Virus record (IMG/VR): IMGVR_UViG_3300014050_000003
Coordinates: 1 to 64,000 of that record
Length of the DNA: 64,000 nt
Strand: one strand, 5' to 3'
DNA from: a virus
The notes under the pieces were generated by a model. That model saw nothing but the letters and a program-made list of their open reading frames with translations, searched no databases and was not told the DNA's origin. How positions within the stretch are numbered: the stretch's first letter is position 1; each line of letters begins with the position of its first letter. Position numbers and translations under genes: made by a program. Positions 61,167 through 64,000 of this stretch are shown here, in pieces.

Positions 61167-62119
61167 TCTTTAAGAACTATATCTTTACAGTCGTACATCC
61201 AATGAGGTTGATTACCTTCAACAAAATCAACTTCTATTTCCTCAAGAGCATCAACACCATATATTAATTGCTTATCAATTACTGGACTGTAAATTTTTGC
61301 AACAGGCGATAAACAAGCTGCCCACCAACTAAATGATGAATTAGCGCGAAATATACTTCTTGCAAAATATAGTTTTAAAAAATCATCTAACCAATCAAAT
61401 CCTATTTTATCTAAAAAATCAGACCCTCTTGGATAACTCCATCCAGCTCTTATAGTTTTTGGTCTATCTTTATGCCAAGCCCCAGTATAATCATCTGAAA
61501 CCCATTCAATTTTGTCTTTATCAAAATCAAATTTTTTAAAAGCTCTAAAATATGAATCTTTAGAAATAACAGAGTACCCTTGATGATTCTTTTTATTATA
61601 TGACGGATTAGATATATCATCTCGTCTTAAATGAGCTATATCATAAGATCCTTGTCGATCTTCATTTCTTTTATATATATCTAACGATTTTATTTCATCA
61701 CTAAATTCAAATATTTGTTTTATTTCTTTTAAAGACATTGGATAAAATATCTTTGGATTATAAGCACAAACGTTATCAATAAACATATGATCTGAAGTGA
61801 CTTTATATGGTTCATCTTTTGGCATTCTATCATCGACTATAATTCTTTGCATTTTTGGAGAAAATTGTTTAAGAGCGTAAGTTCTAAAATGAATATTATC
61901 TAAAACTTTTTGAGTTTGATTTAATCTTAATCTTAAAATATCATCTTCAATTATTTTATGATATTGATTTTTAAATAATTTAGTACCTTCCCAATCGCTA
62001 GGTAAATAAAATTCGTGACCATTTATTTTTTGATAATAATATCCATATATATATTGATGTACTCTATTACCAAATCTTCCATTCCAATGGCATAAAACCA
62101 ATAACTTTTTATCAAGCAT
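61163..62119 (-). CDS. Alpha-1,2-fucosyltransferase (GT11)-like protein
   Basis: GRFGN..HQY, H.RR.D, ANSSFSWWAA.L. Confidence 0.7.
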   Translation of the reverse strand: MLDKKLLVLCHWNGRFGNRVHQYIYGYYYQKINGHEFYLPSDWEGTKLFKNQYHKIIEDDILRLRLNQTQKVLDNIHFRTYALKQFSPKMQRIIVDDRMPKDEPYKVTSDHMFIDNVCAYNPKIFYPMSLKEIKQIFEFSDEIKSLDIYKRNEDRQGSYDIAHLRRDDISNPSYNKKNHQGYSVISKDSYFRAFKKFDFDKDKIEWVSDDYTGAWHKDRPKTIRAGWSYPRGSDFLDKIGFDWLDDFLKLYFARSIFRANSSFSWWAACLSPVAKIYSPVIDKQLIYGVDALEEIEVDFVEGNQPHWMYDCKDIVLKD

Positions 62120-62159
62120 AGTAAATTATATTATATAAAAATATAAATATCAATAAAAA

Positions 62160-63626
62160 TTAAATTTGCCAAGGATAAAAAGAACTGGAATTAAAAAAGT
62201 TTTGACATCCTCCGCCAGCTATTCTAAATCTACTAAAATCTATTTTATATGTAAATATCCAAGGCCCTATTTTAGGAAGAATTAAAGGATTTTGTAATAG
62301 TCCTCCAGTGGGATCAATAAAATATTGATAATTAACATCCCATGGCCCAGTTCCAATATCATAAGCAGGATAAAGATAATTATTATTCGCTATACCATCT
62401 CCTGCGTCAACCTTAAAACTTCCATCAGGATTTCGCCAAATATTATTTATCAAAAAAGCATTTGGATGATTTACATCAGGTACACAAGGATCGTATAGTG
62501 AAGCTGTCCCACTGCCAACACATCCTACTCTAGGTAAAGTAAATGGAGCAGAATAATAATTAGTAAAAGTATAATTTTGAGGATATTCACCATCACAAAA
62601 TTCTGATCTTGCGCTTGGATTAAAATCTAATGGTACTGGGCAATTTAAAGAGCATTCCGTACCAAAATCACCCCCCATTTTTTGATTCATTTTATATGTT
62701 TGTACGCCAGTAAGTACCCCGCTCCAAGGAACATCAATTAATAAACCATTAACCACGGCTACATCATATTCAATATAATCTTTATACATTGCGACAAAAG
62801 CTCCAACAAAAGCTTTGCCAAATGGATGAGTTGGAAAAGAGTATTGACTAATGCTACATTGAGCAGCTCCTAGCCATGCTACTCCATTTCCAGGACCATA
62901 AATAGCATCATTATACGCAAGCTCTGGTAATACAAGCCCAGCTTGCTCTTCAAAAGAGCTATATTGAGTATTGAATGTTGGATCAAACATTAAAATTTCT
63001 ACATTTTCTATTACCCTTGTTAAATTTCCAGCCGCTTTTTGAATAGCACTTTTAAGATATGGAGGCAATAATGATACCGTTTGGTTTCCTTCGCAACTGC
63101 AATTTGGTTGAAGATTGTCCCACCATTTTGACCAAGTATTATATGTTTTAGCGATTCTATTTCCCATATCGAAACTCACGCCAACAGCATAATTTTCATT
63201 CTTTTTTGATTCTGGAGCAGGGATTCTATTCGCACAAGATCGCGCCCACGGACTATCTACAATAATTACTGCGTCTTTATAATTATAAGGCCCAAGCTCA
63301 TTACTTCCTCTTGTTAAATTATATAATGTATTGCTTTGTATTTTAATATTAGATGGAAATTGTAAAAAACTATTTGCGTCTCCAATAGGATTATTAGCAT
63401 TATTATATCTAGTACTTTTATTTGTATAATCATTATATATATGCCATTTATATTCATTAGCGTTAGCTTTTGTAGCACTTAATCCATTCGTAACAACGCT
63501 ACCATATGGATAAGCAAAAACCCAAAATAATAATGGTATACCATCGCCCCAATAAGTTATATAATTCCAATCAAAACCAGTTAAATTTCCTGGTGAATTA
63601 TTATCTTTAGGGAAAAAATTAATCAT
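62160..63626 (-). CDS. Large hypothetical protein (Cys/Pro/Gly-rich)
   Basis: 488-aa ORF with ATG; no recognised family. Confidence 0.65.
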   Translation of the reverse strand: MINFFPKDNNSPGNLTGFDWNYITYWGDGIPLLFWVFAYPYGSVVTNGLSATKANANEYKWHIYNDYTNKSTRYNNANNPIGDANSFLQFPSNIKIQSNTLYNLTRGSNELGPYNYKDAVIIVDSPWARSCANRIPAPESKKNENYAVGVSFDMGNRIAKTYNTWSKWWDNLQPNCSCEGNQTVSLLPPYLKSAIQKAAGNLTRVIENVEILMFDPTFNTQYSSFEEQAGLVLPELAYNDAIYGPGNGVAWLGAAQCSISQYSFPTHPFGKAFVGAFVAMYKDYIEYDVAVVNGLLIDVPWSGVLTGVQTYKMNQKMGGDFGTECSLNCPVPLDFNPSARSEFCDGEYPQNYTFTNYYSAPFTLPRVGCVGSGTASLYDPCVPDVNHPNAFLINNIWRNPDGSFKVDAGDGIANNNYLYPAYDIGTGPWDVNYQYFIDPTGGLLQNPLILPKIGPWIFTYKIDFSRFRIAGGGCQNFFNSSSFYPWQI

Positions 63627-63668
63627 AATATATTATATATTAATACAGCAATTAGTTATAATATAAGA

Positions 63669-64000
63669 ATGTTACACTATAAAATATCTTCATTTTGCTC
63701 GTTCTTTAAAGCTGAAAAATATATAAAAGGATATATAGAAGATGTATTAGATCAATCAATATTTAAAGATATTGAATTTGTATTTTTAAATTGTAATTCT
63801 CCAGAAAATGAAGAGCAATATATATTACCATTAACTAAAAAATTTAATAATATTAAATATCATAGATTAGATAAAGACCCTGGATTATTCCAAGGTTGGA
63901 ATTATGCTATAAAAAATTTATGTTCAGCGAATTTAATAAGCAATTGGAATGCGGACGACAGAAAATCTAATAATAGTTTCGAAATATTATATAAACAATT
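63669..64000 (+). CDS. GT2 glycosyltransferase (5' part; runs off the window)
   Basis: Not in the track. MLHYKISSFCSFFKAEKYIKGYIEDVLDQS...NCNSPE...DPGL..GWN.AI....SNWNADD. Confidence 0.75.
   Translation, partial: MLHYKISSFCSFFKAEKYIKGYIEDVLDQSIFKDIEFVFLNCNSPENEEQYILPLTKKFNNIKYHRLDKDPGLFQGWNYAIKNLCSANLISNWNADDRKSNNSFEILYKQ

Overview
AT-rich, gene-dense 64 kb segment of a large (T4-like/jumbo-scale) dsDNA bacteriophage read in the standard genetic code. The host is probably a Verrucomicrobia/Planctomycete-type bacterium, inferred from a PEP-CTERM protein. About 1-30 kb is a minus-strand 'early' region of small genes, many with their own sigma70-type promoter placed so the transcript starts at the ATG (leaderless). 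It also holds DUF932, MazG, a 3D-domain hydrolase, a deaminase, an HhH glycosylase, RuvB, rIIA/rIIB, DNA ligase, HNH, EndoVII and UvsE. About 26-46 kb carries a very AT-rich set of glycosyl-, sulfo- and methyltransferases plus a radical SAM gene, two of the window's three tRNAs (Asn and an unusual Ser-ACU; tRNA-Asp lies at 2.75 kb), a tmRNA, PurA, GuaB/GuaC, dCMP deaminase, dNMP kinase and a phage sigma factor. NrdAB follows, then plus-strand late/virion-type genes (modular head-protein-like ORFs, HiPIP-like, PEP-CTERM, fibrinogen-like, tail fibre) and a sigma54-driven Hsp20. The most novel signals are non-coding: a promoter-driven RNA with a c-di-GMP-I (GEMM)-like aptamer core at 3.04-3.23 kb, a ~290-nt multibranched RNA upstream of nrdA, tRNA T-loop-capped hairpins behind three genes, a second GTGTAA promoter class and Xer-like 27-bp palindromes. 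All family calls are from motif recognition by eye; no database searches were run.
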